A stretch of DNA of 43,993 nucleotides, the filler included, from Catajapyx aquilonaris (lineage: Eukaryota), in the NCBI GenBank assembly GCA_000934665.2. It is 2 parts of 2 records of this genome, joined end to end, with 100 filler letters (N's around TTAATTAATTAA, not from the genome) between each part and the next. Parts side by side here need not be neighbours in the genome. Positions count along the whole stretch, not along the records: positions 1 to 21,961 come from JYFJ02005940.1; 1 more part is not named here. The stretch is one strand, 5' to 3'. How positions within the stretch are numbered: position 1 is the first letter of the stretch; each line of letters opens with the position of its first letter. Positions 1 to 13,017 of the stretch are shown here, in pieces. The notes under the pieces were generated by a model. The model made no database searches. It worked only from the letters and a program-made list of their open reading frames with translations, and was not told where the DNA came from. The position numbers and the translations under genes are program-made.

Positions 1-95
1 AGCCTTACCAAAGCACCACTGGGATGCCCCTGGCCTACTCCGTATGCGAGGAAGGTCAAAGGTGGTCATCCATCCACGCCTTCCAGTGTCAATGA
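1..95 (+). CDS. 3' end (last exon, partial) of type-B dual-CTLD/Sushi-Wonton-like gene (copy B0)
   Basis: Frame from nt 3 reads PYQSTTGMPLAYSVCEEGQRWSSIHAFQCQ* (stop 93-95); only 4 nt differ from the end of B2 exon 8. Confidence 0.9.
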   Translation, partial: PYQSTTGMPLAYSVCEEGQRWSSIHAFQCQ

Positions 96-1401
96 TTCCT
101 CAGCATAGTTACCGAGATAATGTGCTTCAAATGAAAGGTATAAAATATCCTGGCAGGTATGCGTCCCTCCACGCGACCTTACCTTTTCATTTCAATGGCG
201 GTGTTACCATGCAATTTAATTTCAATATATTTATGATGTCATTAGGTGTAGCATGGAATCGCCTAGGTCCTAGGCGATAGAAGTGTCTTAAGCTATATCC
301 GAAACATATGCTGGTACAATTGACATTTTTATGCTAATTATTTCGGTAACTATGCTGCGGAAAGCCTATACTTAAAATGATCGCATAGAACCCCACTTTC
401 ATTCCTCAAGGGACAGTACGATAAAATTCTTCACCCTAGTACCATAGTACATGTATAATATACAGTTGTAGTGTAAATATGAGGACCATGAATATGCGGG
501 ATCAGTCCAAGAAATACATATTCAGTAATAAATAATATATAAAAATCGTGTTATCATTTTTATTTGGACGCAATGCACTATCAGAAAATAACTTCGTAAG
601 AGGAGTTCTCTTTAGGCAACATAATTAAACAGACATCTGTGAACAAAATATGGTTTATAGGAAGTGTTATAGTATAACAAAAAAATTATTATGGACAGAA
701 ATATGTAAAAAATACATTACCCCTTTCATGTACACGGGTGCTTGATTTTTTAGTATTCGTTGCTGGAATTCTCAAACTACTGCAGCATTCTCAAAATATA
801 TCTGCATAATTTCTTATGAAGAACTCAGATTCCTCCATGTCGTTCCAACATGTATCTGGAAGACCTTTTGTACTCGACAGTAATAAGTGGAACGACAACA
901 GTTTGAAAGCAATATCATCTTTTGTGCCCATATGAGGAAACAGCTGGCTCATTTTAGTTTCCGGGGCGCTAATATGAGCTAATAATATTATGTAAGCCAT
1001 AAAAATGTTATGGGTATAGGCTACTGATACATATGTCATACAACAATATTATAGCTATATTTGGAATTTTTCCTCCAGAGGCTTTGCCTCGAGAAGGTTG
1101 TGTCAGCTACGGAATGTCTGGCCGAAACATTTCTGAACATATGGAATTAGGCCTATTGATTCAATAAGGCAAGTTAATGTCTCGTCATTTCGCAAACCTT
1201 TACAATTTATCGTTATATAATAAATTATTGACTGTCTTGGGCAGGTCTTGGGTTTTCCATTTTAGCGTCATTTTTCCCTGGGTGAATTTGTAATGCGTAC
1301 CTTATACTAATACATTATGAGTCACATCCTGCCGCAAACATCCTCCTTTAGACCACTGATTTCTCCAATATTCTCACCCTAAAGTGTTAGTCTACGTCGC
1401 T

Positions 1402-3474
1402 ATGGCCTTACATCTACATCTCTTTGCATCGCTCCTCGTCTGGACAGCAGTAGACGGTAACGTCTTGAACTGTCTAGAAACTGTCGGAGCACCAAAATCG
1501 TAATGTTAATTTTTTTACAGCAGTGGGATAATGTAAACTATTTGAAAAGGAACATAATAATTACGATTCACTGAGATGGATTGGTGCATGCGCCATCATT
1601 TGGCCCACTGTAATATTGGAGCACTTAGACAGCAATCGGCATCCAGGAACACATAGCAGTAACAGTCTTTAATAATTATATATCAAGTTTAGTTAATAAT
1701 ATGAGAGTCTAAAAACCTGCCGTGACCTGGCTGATTTATGTCAAGGCCGAAATATAAATTCCTGGATCTTCATATCGTCACCTGATTTGATGTCAAATAC
1801 AGCTTTCAAAATTTCTAGATGTAGACAATGGGCAATATCTCGATTCGCAGCGGATTATGTTGCAACTATTACTCCAGACAAGGAAAACGTCTCTTCCTTT
1901 TTGATAATGCAATTACTACAGTAGTATTTTCTCTACAGGTAGTAGAGAGATATTTTTGTGTGGTGAACGGTGATAGAATAACCTGAGTAATTTTTACAAA
2001 TTAATTTTCCCAGGTTTTCAGTGTCCTGCAGACTGGATATCTCCACCAGATGATGTGTCATGTTACAAGCTGGTTGATGTTCCCATGAATTGGTACGATG
2101 CTCGTGATTACTGTCAATCACTAGGCGGACACCTCCTGACTCTAAATTCCCGAAATCAGATTGTAAGAAAATTAATACATTGTAATAGCTTATAATATAC
2201 GAAGATTTTGAATTCAGAGTAATGTTGTCGTTCTACGTCGTACGTAGGAGTGGCTTCTCTCGATGATAAGAACACGTCCTCTTTCACGATACTCGTGGGT
2301 AGGACTGTCAATAAGTGGAAATGGGACATTGTCATGGGTCGATGGCAGCAGCCCTGACAATCACCTTCTGTAAGACCACAAAATAGAAAACCACTTATTT
2401 GTTTCCGTTGCCTTCCGAAAAAAGTATGACCAACAAATAACTATTCCAGGGTACAGAGAAAGAATAACGCAGAACGTAGGAGAATCACTCTGGACTGTGT
2501 CAGGTATTACAGAGATTCCCAAGAGATTGAAGATGTAGACTGCACAGTATATGGACTCAATCCTGCTTGTGAAAAAGGTAAATCTGAATGGTATTCTTGC
2601 AACCATTTTTTATTACATAATAACCCAGGTAGCACAAAAGTTGGGCCAATATTGGGCGAATGTCGGCCCAATAGCTTGAATCTTGGGCCAACATTGGTCC
2701 AATATTGGCCCAACTTTTTGTGCTACCTGGGAAACACTTTGACACATCATTATAATTTTCTTATTACGCTAGTGTGAAGAAAGGATTAAAAATATTGTTT
2801 TCCGGTGCAATCGAATAATTTTATATTTTTATTGCTTTCTACACTTTACTTTTTTTCCAGTAAAACGGAGAAATGCGAAATTGAATATTACATTCATATT
2901 GATATTGTATCTTTGCAGAAATCGAACGTGGGTCTGCTTGTCCTAGATTATGGCTGAAGCGACGTGGTTCTATGAGCTGCTATTTACTTAAAGTGGGTAC
3001 TCATTTGTTCTGGAACAAAGCACGTGAACAATGTCAAGCCCGAGGAGGTGACCTGGTAGTGATTAATTCCCAAGAAGAAAAGGTAACGCACGTTATTTAC
3101 TGAGCCATTTCCATTTCCACACATAACTGGCATTATCCGCATTTGTTTGTAAACAGGAATGGCTAAGTGCATCAATGGGAAAGTTCAGGCTTAGTCAAGT
3201 CTGGGTTGGTCTAAGCAACGAAGAGGAAGGCTGGAGATGGACAGATGGAACCATCCTTGATACGAACATATTGTTAGGAAACTGTTTTGATATTAATGAA
3301 GTGATCGAATGTAATTAACCAGCTATTCTTTGCAGGTCGTGGAGAAAAGGAAGTCCCCACGAACTGAATATTGAAGATGAATTTCTCTTACTTACTGACA
3401 GTGGAGAGTTCCACTTCACATCTTACCAACACAAAATTTCTTCCATATGTGAAATAAGAGGCCAATCTGTTTAG
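1402..3474 (+). CDS. Type-A secreted dual C-type lectin-like protein, copy A1, truncated (lacks C-terminal six-Cys domain), ~290 aa; could be an incipient pseudogene
   Basis: Exons 1402-1456 (signal peptide MALHLHLFASLLVWTAVDG), 2014-2162 (CPADW..SCYK..WYDARDYCQSLGGHL), 2248-2369 (WVGL..WVDGS), 2450-2577 (DC..DC..CEK), 2919-3082, 3157-3272, 3336-3474. All introns GT-AG and in frame. The exon-7 donor seen in A3 is deleted, so reading runs on to TAG at 3472-3474; exon 8 is deleted after 10 nt. Confidence 0.75.
2624..2731. mobile_element. 108-bp MITE (CCCAG...CTGGG termini, apparent 2-bp AA TSD; CMC/EnSpm-like)
   Basis: ~32-bp TIRs cccaggtagcacaaaagttgggccaatattgg / ccaatattggcccaactttttgtgctacctggg; lies in A1 intron 4 and is absent from the paralogous A3 intron 4. 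Confidence 0.8.
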
Positions 3475-4773
3475 ATGGATTCTCCACACTGCATTTCAAA
3501 GAAATTTGTAATGAGATTAATTTAGCTGAGAAGCATTCCCAATTTTAATATAATCAGCGTCTAATGAACACCTTTGCACTCCTCATGCACCACCATACAC
3601 CAACGGACGGACAACTTGAGTAATGAGAATAGACTATTATATTATACTCTTCAAGTGAGTAATGGATGGGAATGGACCGGAATAATATTGATGGTATTGT
3701 TCCATCAGCGACATTTGATTGGTCCAGATCTTATAAATGTGTTAAGCCAAGCAACTTCCTTAAACTTGTCATGCTGTAATATTATCCGCAAGTCATAATT
3801 ATCACAAATTTTCAATGTTTACTGAAGCATTTCCTTCTCATTTCTCCGCTAACCACTAAGATTTAATAGCGGATGATGTAACTACAGTAAGTAAGAGTCA
3901 GATTTTCCATATTTAATAATAATGTTAATGACGAGTTTAAGTAATTGTATCGGCACAAGGGTGAGACTAATAAACACAGGACATAATCCCACATTGACGA
4001 AAATAAAAATGCTGTACAGACACTGGCAATTTCATTTGATATATGATTATATGGAACATAATATTATAGTGTAGTAGTATACAGATTAAAGTAACACGTG
4101 ATCTAATATTTCCATCAAGGAAAAACGTCACATTTGCTACATCTCTAGCCTGACATTGAAATGGCAACAATTTCGCAATTTCTCGACTTTGAAGATGAAG
4201 GTCTAGACTCTACTGATCTAGAGGAACCAATTTATTCTGAACAGGGAAAATACCGATCAATTTATTTCTTTCGCGTGACTGGCTATATCCGTCTGAATCC
4301 ATTGAAATTAGCATCATTGACTATCAACACAAACATCAGTGTTTTTACCATCTAATCAAGATTACCGTGGGCACCCTGCATTGAATTTCATCCACAGGTG
4401 ACGATTGTTGCTTGAAACCAATTGTCTTATCTTGTTGCTATTATCCCAGGAGCGGCTAAATTAATAGTATTTCCCACCAACTAACACTTATGCTGGTCTG
4501 TACGATATATAACGATTTAAATAAAAACAAATAACAGCCCTAACCTGACATGATGGGAGTCACCTCAATAGTTCTTATTTGACATCGAATAAGCCAACCT
4601 AAAATCCCACAAATGACAGCAAAAGGTTCCCAGCAGCATTTTAAAGCATTTATGTCCTCAGGAAATATCCAACTGAAAATGCGACACAATAAGAGTCACA
4701 TCCGGCCGCAAACATCCTCCTCTAGACCACTGATTTCTCCAATATTCTAACCCTAGTGTTAGTCAACGACGCC

Positions 4774-7112
4774 ATGAATTCATATCTACATTTATTTGCA
4801 TCGCTCCTCGTCTGGACATCGTCTGTAGATGGTACCGTCTAGTGTACTGTAGAGAAATCTATCGCAGTAATGGAATCATATTTTTGCAGCAGTGGGGCAA
4901 TGTAAACTAGTTTAAATGCAACATTATTATGATTCACTGAGACTGAATTAAATTTGTGCATGCACCATCATTAGGCCCTCTATAATATCGCAGCACTTGA
5001 AAGGCTTGAATCATCATTGCATATTAGAGCCGTATCAGTGTAGTGAATAATATGAGAGTCTAAAATTTGGCATGACCTGGCTGTATTTATGACAAGATTA
5101 AACACTTGTAAATTCCTGTACCTTCATATTGTAACCTGGTTTGATTTTAAATCAGGAATATTGGTAACTTCGCAAATTCCAGATGATTCATTTCACAGTT
5201 CTTACACCAGACTGGGACTTCCTTTTTTAGCATGACATTACGATCGTATTTTTATAGGCTATTGTATACACTGACATAAATATTATTTTGCGTGGTGAGA
5301 ATGACCTGAGTAATAACAAATTCATTTTTCCAGGTGTTCGGTGTCCTACAGACTGGATATCTCCACCAGATGATGTGTCATGTTACAAGCTGGTTGATAT
5401 TCTCATGAATTGGTACGATGCTCGTGATTACTGTCAATCACTAGGCGGACATCTCCTGACTCTTGATTCCATAAAACAGATTGTGAGAAAAAATATACAC
5501 TGTAATATTTCCCAGAAAACTTTGAATACAGAGTGATGTTATCATTCTATAGAAGTGGATTACCTCTATGATGAAAACAAGACCTATTTCACGCTACTCG
5601 TGGATGGGACTTTACAGGAGTGAAAACGGGACATTGTCATGGGCAGATGGAAGCAGCCCTGACGATCACATCTTGTAAGACCAAATTAGAGAAAATCATT
5701 GCACATGTTGTTCATTGCCTTGCGAAGCATGACCAGCGAATCACTATTACAGGGTACATAAAGTGAATAACCAAGAACATCCGAAAAGCACACTGGACTG
5801 TGCATTGTATATCAGATATTCTCATGAGATTGAAGATGGAGACTGTACATTATATGAAGTAAATTCTGTATGTGAAAAAGGTAAATCTCTATGGGACATT
5901 GCCAATGGCATGATAAATATTGCGATATATAATTTTCATCTCCTTACACGATGGGTACACCGGATTTACAGTATTGTTTTCCTATTATTAAGAAGTTTAT
6001 TGGACTTTCCAACAATTAAGGTTCCCAAGCCCTTACACGAAACTTCTAAAGCAATACGTAAACTTCTTAATAGTATTGTTTTCCTGTGGTTGAAGAATGC
6101 TTTTTTACTACTTTTGACATGGACGTAGAGAAATGCTAAATACGCATGCATTGTGACTCATCCTTGCAGAAATCGGAAGTGGGTCTGCTTGTCCTAAATT
6201 GTGGCTGAAGCGTCCTGATTCTTCGAGCTGCTATTTTCTTAAATCGCATAATCATTTCAAATGGAAAGAAGCACGTGAACATTGTCAAACCGAAGGAGGT
6301 GACTTGGTACAGATTACTTCAAAAGAAGAAAAGGTATGTTACATCATTATTTTGCACTGCCCTTTCCACCTCCTCCTATAGACCTCCTCCACAACATACT
6401 GATAGTCCTCTTATTCATTTACAGGAATGGCTGAGTGGAGCAATGGAAACGTACAGGCTAGTTAAAATCTGGATTGGTCTTAGTAACAAAGAGGAAGTGT
6501 GGAGATGGACAGATGGAACCAATCTTGATACAGGCATACTGTTAGGAAACTATGTGGTGATATAATTAACAACGTAATCAAACCCAATTAACCAACTTTG
6601 ATTTTTTGCAGGTCGTGGAGAAAGGGAAGTCCACGAGAACGGAGCACTAAAGACGAATATTTTCTCTACATTAGTGCCGACGGAAAGCTTTCCAGCACAT
6701 CTTATCAACACGAATTTAGTTCCATCTGTCAAATTAGTAGAGGTGTGTATTCGTTCTAGATGTGTTTGTCAAACTGATTCTCAAAAGATATGATCGTTAT
6801 GGGACTAATTATGCTGATACACAGTCCAAATTCAATGCTCATAGAATCTGATTATAATCATTTGCACTTCATCATGCAGCACCATACACGATCGCTTGTG
6901 AAGCTCCACCAGTGTCTGAGCACCAAGAAGTGCTCTGCTTCAATCCAAATGGAAGAAACGTCCAGTGTCACCACAACCTTCACGTTCCCTTGAGTGCTGC
7001 AGCGTACAAGTGCAAGGAGCCATACCAGAGCACAACGGGATTTCCTTATGCCTTCTCATATTGCAAGTCTGATCAAAAATGGGAAGCTGTTCCAGCCTTC
7101 CAGTGTCACTGA
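4774..7112 (+). CDS. Type-A secreted dual CTLD + six-Cys Sushi/Wonton-like protein, copy A2, 366 aa
   Basis: Exons 4774-4831 (MNSYLHLFASLLVWTSSVDG), 5334-5482, 5553-5674, 5753-5880, 6170-6333, 6425-6540, 6612-6742, 6880-7112; 1101 nt, open throughout, GT-AG introns, same phases as paralogues. Confidence 0.9.
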
Positions 7113-8097
7113 TGGGGTTCCATTTTGAAACGACAGGGAAATATTACATTTTAAATAATTTCACTTAAAATTTCCTTTGCCAGTTCACAGACTCTAGGAG
7201 AGATGATTCACTTCGACCTAACATTAGAAAATACTGCTAACCTATGTAACTTCTTACAATAAGCAGCTAAATTTCTAAGATTGACATTTTAATTGGCTTA
7301 CTTTGTACAAATGAAATTTTGATTGGTCCAAATCGGAAATATGGGATTTTAAAACCAAAATATAACTGACTAAAACCCTGCTGAAGCAACACGACTTGTT
7401 GTTGTAATTTTTCGCAAGTCATATGTCACTTCCTTTCATTGCTTATACGTTAGCATATCTTTTTCCCTTTTTCCTCCAGTAAAACCGCTAATATCGTAAG
7501 TTGTGTATCGACAGAGTTGTTATGGCTCACTGTATATCCGGCGGTCACATAGTGACTCTAATCTTTGATAATAAAATAAAGCTGTTTTTTTTTTTGCTAA
7601 AATGCGTAAATTGTGTATTGCGCACATTATTTTTACAAAGTTCATAGAATCATAATATTCTCGCTATCTGTACCTTTTCCACGTGATTTGTTTATCGAAA
7701 GACATTGTAAAATATTTTATTATTCAAACGCAACATAACCCTATAATAATTATGCCTCACAAGCATTACTCCGTACTGAACACCAATGGATCTTTCCACC
7801 CATGCACATAATATTGACAATTTTCAGGTGGCCAGGCTTGACCAAATGCTCAGTTATAATGATTCGCATGTCATATCCCCTACTCCCAGCGCCTTTTTGT
7901 AGCATAGTCTACTTCTCTTTTTCCTTCCGGACATGGCTAATATTTGCCGTGAGACACGGAACGACATCCTTTTTGTGAGTCGCCTTATCTTCTGCGGTCA
8001 CAGAGTGACTGGACTTGTTGATAGAAAAGTAGAGCTCTACTACATTAATTGCTAAAACTTTGGCTCGCATTGTGCGCATTATTATACTCAGTGCGTC

Positions 8098-9633
8098 ATG
8101 GAATCATATCCGTGGCTGTGCCTTTTCGTCATTATTTTCGTCGTGATCCATTGTAAGTGAAAAATACATATTTTTATTCTTTATGCTTTTTATTATACTT
8201 TATTTATTACTTTATTTTTTATGATATACTTTATGCTTTTTATTATGCTACCTTGTAGCATGCTAATTCGGTTAAAAATTCGAGTTTTAAAATGTTAATT
8301 CTAATCTAGTGCTCAATCAGGAATATATGTCAGATATTGAGCTTTTTATTCTCTCCAGACACTTCATGTGCTCAATGCCCCAATGATTGGACAACCCCAC
8401 CAGGTGAAACGTCTTGTTACAAATTTAATGTATTATACCTAACTCGTGATGAGGCTAACAAGTACTGTACTGTACACGGTGGACATCTCCTGGTCATTAA
8501 CTCCAAAAAGGAACAGGTAAGAGCAGTCTATTTGAATGGAACTATAAACAGTTTGTTGCATATAAAATTATTCCACTGACGTATTACTCTATTATAGAAA
8601 CTTTCTGGGTTGCTTGTTGTAAACAGTTACTCTCACAAGGTACTCTCAGGTTCAATATGTTATTTATAATCATAACCCCCCCCCCCTCCCCCAACAGTCC
8701 TCTATATAGGACGCTGGTAACAAATGGGTTGATAATGACTCTTTCATCAGAGCATGTAGCATTAATAATAATTTGCCTAGCACACATATTTCTCCTTACT
8801 AAACAGGAGTGGATCTTTTCAACTGCTCAGGGAATTTCACCGTTGCATTCCTGGTGGGTGGGCCTGAAGAGAGGCAACAATGGAACCTGGTCGTGGGATG
8901 ATGGGACCGAGTTTGATGACACTATCACGTAAGATGCACGACGTCAGACGAATGTTATATTTGAATGAGTAGGCCTACTGCAATATTAAACATATACTGT
9001 ACTTAGAGAGTGGGCGCCTGGCCACCCAGAGGACGGGATCTTCACTGAAGACTGCGCAACATTTGAAGTTGATGAATCTGCAGATATTTCTGACAAACTC
9101 TGCAGGTTTGGTATAGAATTCATTTGTGAAGCAGGTAATCGTGATAAACGTAATCTACAATAAGTGATAACATAAAAATTAGATAATTACAATGCCAAAT
9201 AAAAAGTGCATGTAGAAAACTATAATAGGAATAAACATAATATAATTATATTAGCATAATATAATATGCAAATTTAAAAAATTGAAATACCACAACATAT
9301 AAATAAAACTCTGGTTGCAGGTACGAGGTTGCTCGTATTCTGCATTATTATTGCATTGATTATAAAATTAGTCGTCTTGTTGTCAAATTTTGTTGATGCC
9401 AATTAGGAGAAAGCATTCGCTAGATCAATAATAATTATTAGTAATTCCTTCCAGAACGAGAAATCAACTCCCCCTGCCCTAATTATTGGCAAGGAAGAAT
9501 TAATTCAACAAGTTGTTATTTGTTGAATCTACAACATTCTGCAATATGGACTGAGGCTGTCAGTTACTGTCATGAGAGAAACGCATATCTGGTCATTATA
9601 AATTCCATCGAAGAAAAGGTAACTGTTTTAACA

Positions 9634-9714
<81 letters not shown>

Positions 9715-11216
9715 GCTGTTATAGACATCAAAATTCAGCACAGTTGGCTAATTCAGAAAATGTACAACTCAGGAGTGGCTGAAGGAAGCAATGGGAGCTT
9801 ACGGTTATATTATGAGGACATGGATAGGACTGAGTGACCAGCAGGAAGAAGGAGTCTGGAGATGGACCGATGGGACCATACTGGACACCAACATCGTGTG
9901 AGCAGAAAATAGTATTTGTTGTGTCCATGCACAGTGCGAGGGGGTGGGGTCTTATTGATGAGACCATATGCGTAGCGATTTGTTGGCCTGGCTGATAAAA
10001 AATTTCAGTATAATCAAGAAAAAAGATGCTGAAAATTTTTCATTGTAATCGTAATGGCAGTTACAAGGTCGGTGGGACCACACTTAATAACCTGGACCAC
10101 ATTCGCCCGATAGTCCCGCGGCTTAATAATGCCGATTCTTGACCGAACCAAAAGAGAGTTTAAAATACAGTATTTTTTTTCGTGATCCAGACACCATAAT
10201 TATGGAGTATTTTAAGGGTTGGAGCCACCTCCAAAGGTTCCTGGTTAATTTTTTTTTCAGAGCCGCGCAAAGTTTTTAAAAATGAGCAAGGTAAAATTGC
10301 GTTTGACCTCTGACGTTCCTCGATCACGAAAACCTAGGAAATGTCACCAGAATGACCACCGCAGCCCAACAGGATACAAACCGAAACCACGCAATTTTCA
10401 CTTACGCATTTTTTTAAAAACTTTTCACGGCGGTAAAAAATTAAGAAGAAACCTTTGGAGGTGGCTCCAACCTTCAAAATACTCCATATGGGATATAGAT
10501 CACGAAAATAAATTTAATATTCTTTTGGCTCGAAGTGCATAACACTTTCAATATATCAATAAGCCGCCGTACTAGAATTCTTAGCCGTTCTTATAGTCTT
10601 GAAACCAAGACAAACTGCTGGAGAGGGTAACTTATACAGTGTGTTGTGGCCTATATCATCTTGGTTGAGGATTCTAAGACTCATACATGCACACGTGACT
10701 ACTCGAGTGGCAAACCCATGTGGAGTAAAGCTGAAGTGATTGATTATTTTGTTTCCCTGACCAATTCTTCAGGTCTTGGAGAAGCGGATATCCAAAAGGA
10801 AGACGTGGTGAGACAGATGTCGCTCTTCTTTCTCCTAATAAACAGTACAAGAGCTTGGCCAATTTCATCGGCATCTTCTCAATATGTGAAATAACCGGAG
10901 GTAAGTGACCCAGCATTGAAGTCATTCCTATTCCAAAATAATGTCCACTGTCCAACACATCCACGAACTTGTTTCAGAGCCTTACAAGGTGGCATGTGGT
11001 GCCCCACCACCCCCTTCCGACACCCAGGAGGTGGGGTGCCACACCCCCGATGGAGGTGCCATGGTCCAGTGCCATGACGTCCTCCACGTCAGAGGTAGTG
11101 CTGCGGTGTACCGGTGCAAAGAACCTTTCCAAAGCACCACTGGGATGCCCCTGGCCTATTCCGTATGCGAGGAGGATCAACAGTGGTCATCCATCCACGC
11201 CTTCCAGTGTTTGTGA
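8098..11216 (+). CDS. Type-B secreted dual CTLD + six-Cys Sushi/Wonton-like protein, copy B1, 372 aa
   Basis: Exons 8098-8152 (MESYPWLCLFVIIFVVIH), 8359-8516, 8807-8928 (WWVGL..WDDGT), 9007-9134 (WAPGHPE..EDC..ISDKLC..FICE), 9455-9618, 9773-9897, 10773-10900, 10978-11216; 1119 nt, open, GT-AG. Confidence 0.9.
9638..9714. repeat. (AAT)n microsatellite in B1 intron 5
   Basis: About 25 perfect TAA units. Confidence 0.97.
10111..10574. mobile_element. ~460-bp diverged MITE with long imperfect TIRs in B1 intron 6
   Basis: tatggagtattttaagggttggagccacctccaaaggtt (10201-10239) is the near reverse complement of aacctttggaggtggctccaaccttcaaaatactccata (10450-10488); complementarity continues outward to tagtcccgcggctta / taagccgccgtacta with TA at both ends. 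Confidence 0.7.
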
Positions 11217-11832
11217 CGGTCACTCGTCACATTAAAATTTATATGCAGTATTATTGATACGTAATTATGCTGAGGACCACTAATATGTGGCATCAATGGG
11301 GTCCTAGCCATGGTTTGGGATTTGGGAAATTTGTACACAAATAGTTCAACCATACATATGTAAACACGCATTTCACCATTTTTCAGCACCAAAATGTCAA
11401 TCCTCGATAAATTATCGCGGGTTAAAAAGTCACTCTCAAATTATTATTGGTGGAAAAGGGGGGCGTTACCTAAGTGGCGCATTCCCACTCCTGCCTATTG
11501 CGGGTTACGTCATACGTCGTTTACATAATTATGAGCATCGCTGAGAGTTGAATTCAATAATTGTTTGAGGCGAAAGTAACAATCGCATGCACTGGCTATG
11601 GCGGTCGTTCGATTAGTTGGCTAGGCCCTGTTGGTAGGGTCGCCAAAAAAGCTAACTAACAAAGAAACAAGCAGCCCGGGTGCGTACCTCCCTTGCACCA
11701 CTAGCTGTTTTTCCGCGTGACATCAGAGGACAGTGCGATACTAATAAGTACGGAACAAGAAATAACGATCTGACGTCATCGTTTCTTCCATTGCTACTTT
11801 TTGTTGACACTGTTTACTCATATTGTTCTGTG

Positions 11833-11878
11833 CAGGGATGGAAAAAGAACCGCTTCTTCGGTTCTTTTTCCATCCCTG
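11833..11878. mobile_element. 46-bp minimal hAT-like element
   Basis: Perfect 20-bp TIRs cagggatggaaaaagaaccg / cggttctttttccatccctg, 6-nt spacer, flanked by a perfect 8-bp direct repeat gttctgtg (11825-11832, 11879-11886). CAGGGATG terminus and 8-bp TSD are hAT hallmarks. Confidence 0.85.
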
Positions 11879-12594
11879 GTTCTGTGAGGGTATTTCCATG
11901 GAAAACTTGATGACGCCAGATAGTCCTCTAATTTTATATGATATTTGATCGATCATAGAACGAAAACTGAACGATGGCTACCACATATTTGGGACAATGC
12001 TGTGAAGTTATGAATGAATTAGTGAATAGAACAAAAACTAATCCGTATTTCTTCAAACAAAAAACACCAAAATTCATTTAAATATTAGTATATTACATGA
12101 TTTTTTATATGGATTTTAAAAATGTAGGCTAGGACCCCATACAAGAGATACCGGTACATATTAATTAGTTTAAAAAATACAAAATAAAAATAATGTTCAT
12201 CTTTTGTCTTTGATTTGGATGAAAAACTGTCTCTGATGAATGTCGCAGGAGATGTCTTTAGGAAAAATCATTGGACAGGCATCTTTGAACAGTGTGGTTT
12301 AGAGAAGAGTTACAGTAAAACAACAAAATTAATATGTTAGAGAAATATATAAAATACACAATACGCCGTATAGAAATTAATGGCCCACCCCTTTTTTGCA
12401 CTCTAATACATGATTTTTAAAAAAAATATCCACGTGGAACTTCTCAAACCAGTTATGAAACATATTTGCATAATTTGCTAGGAATGACTCAGATTCCTCC
12501 AGGTAATTCCAGATAAACAACATGTAGCCTATCTGGACGACGTCTTGGCCGCCAGAGAAACGATAATCGTTTCAAAGCAAAGTAAATACATTTA

Positions 12595-12742
12595 GGGCCA
12601 GTTGCACCGGCCTCAGTATAACTTAGAACCTCGGGTATAACAAGAATTGCCATGGCAATTATTGTTGGTCAACAATGATTGCTATGGCAATTCTTGTTAT
12701 ACCCGAGGTTCTAAGTTATACTGAGGCCGGTGCAACTGGTGC
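12595..12742. mobile_element. ~148-bp almost fully palindromic MITE (PIF/Harbinger-like termini)
   Basis: ccagttgcaccggcctcagtataacttagaacctcgggtataacaagaattgccat is mirrored by atggcaattcttgttatacccgaggttctaagttatactgaggccggtgcaactgg; flanks TTA / TAA; absent from the homologous region upstream of A1 (~1130). Confidence 0.8.
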
Positions 12743-13017
12743 TAACATAATGATAGAATTAGGGCTGTTGATTCAATCAGGTGAGTAACTTAGTTAATGT
12801 CCGGTGATGCCTCCAGCCTTTAATTTTATTGTTATCCTTATTATTGACTGGCTTGGTTTTTCCATTTTGACGTCACTTTTCTTCGCTTGGATTTGTAATG
12901 CGTACCTTATACTAATACATACGCGTATGCGTCACATCCTGCCGCAAACATCCTCCTTTATCAGTACCACTAATTTCGCCAATAATCTCAACGTAAAGTG
13001 TTATAGTCTACGTCGCT

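Noticed and set aside
9520..9837. ORFs with poly-Ile, poly-Tyr or poly-Leu runs (also 19435-19704, 32306-32674, 32547-32768)
   Set aside because: Translations of intronic trinucleotide microsatellites.
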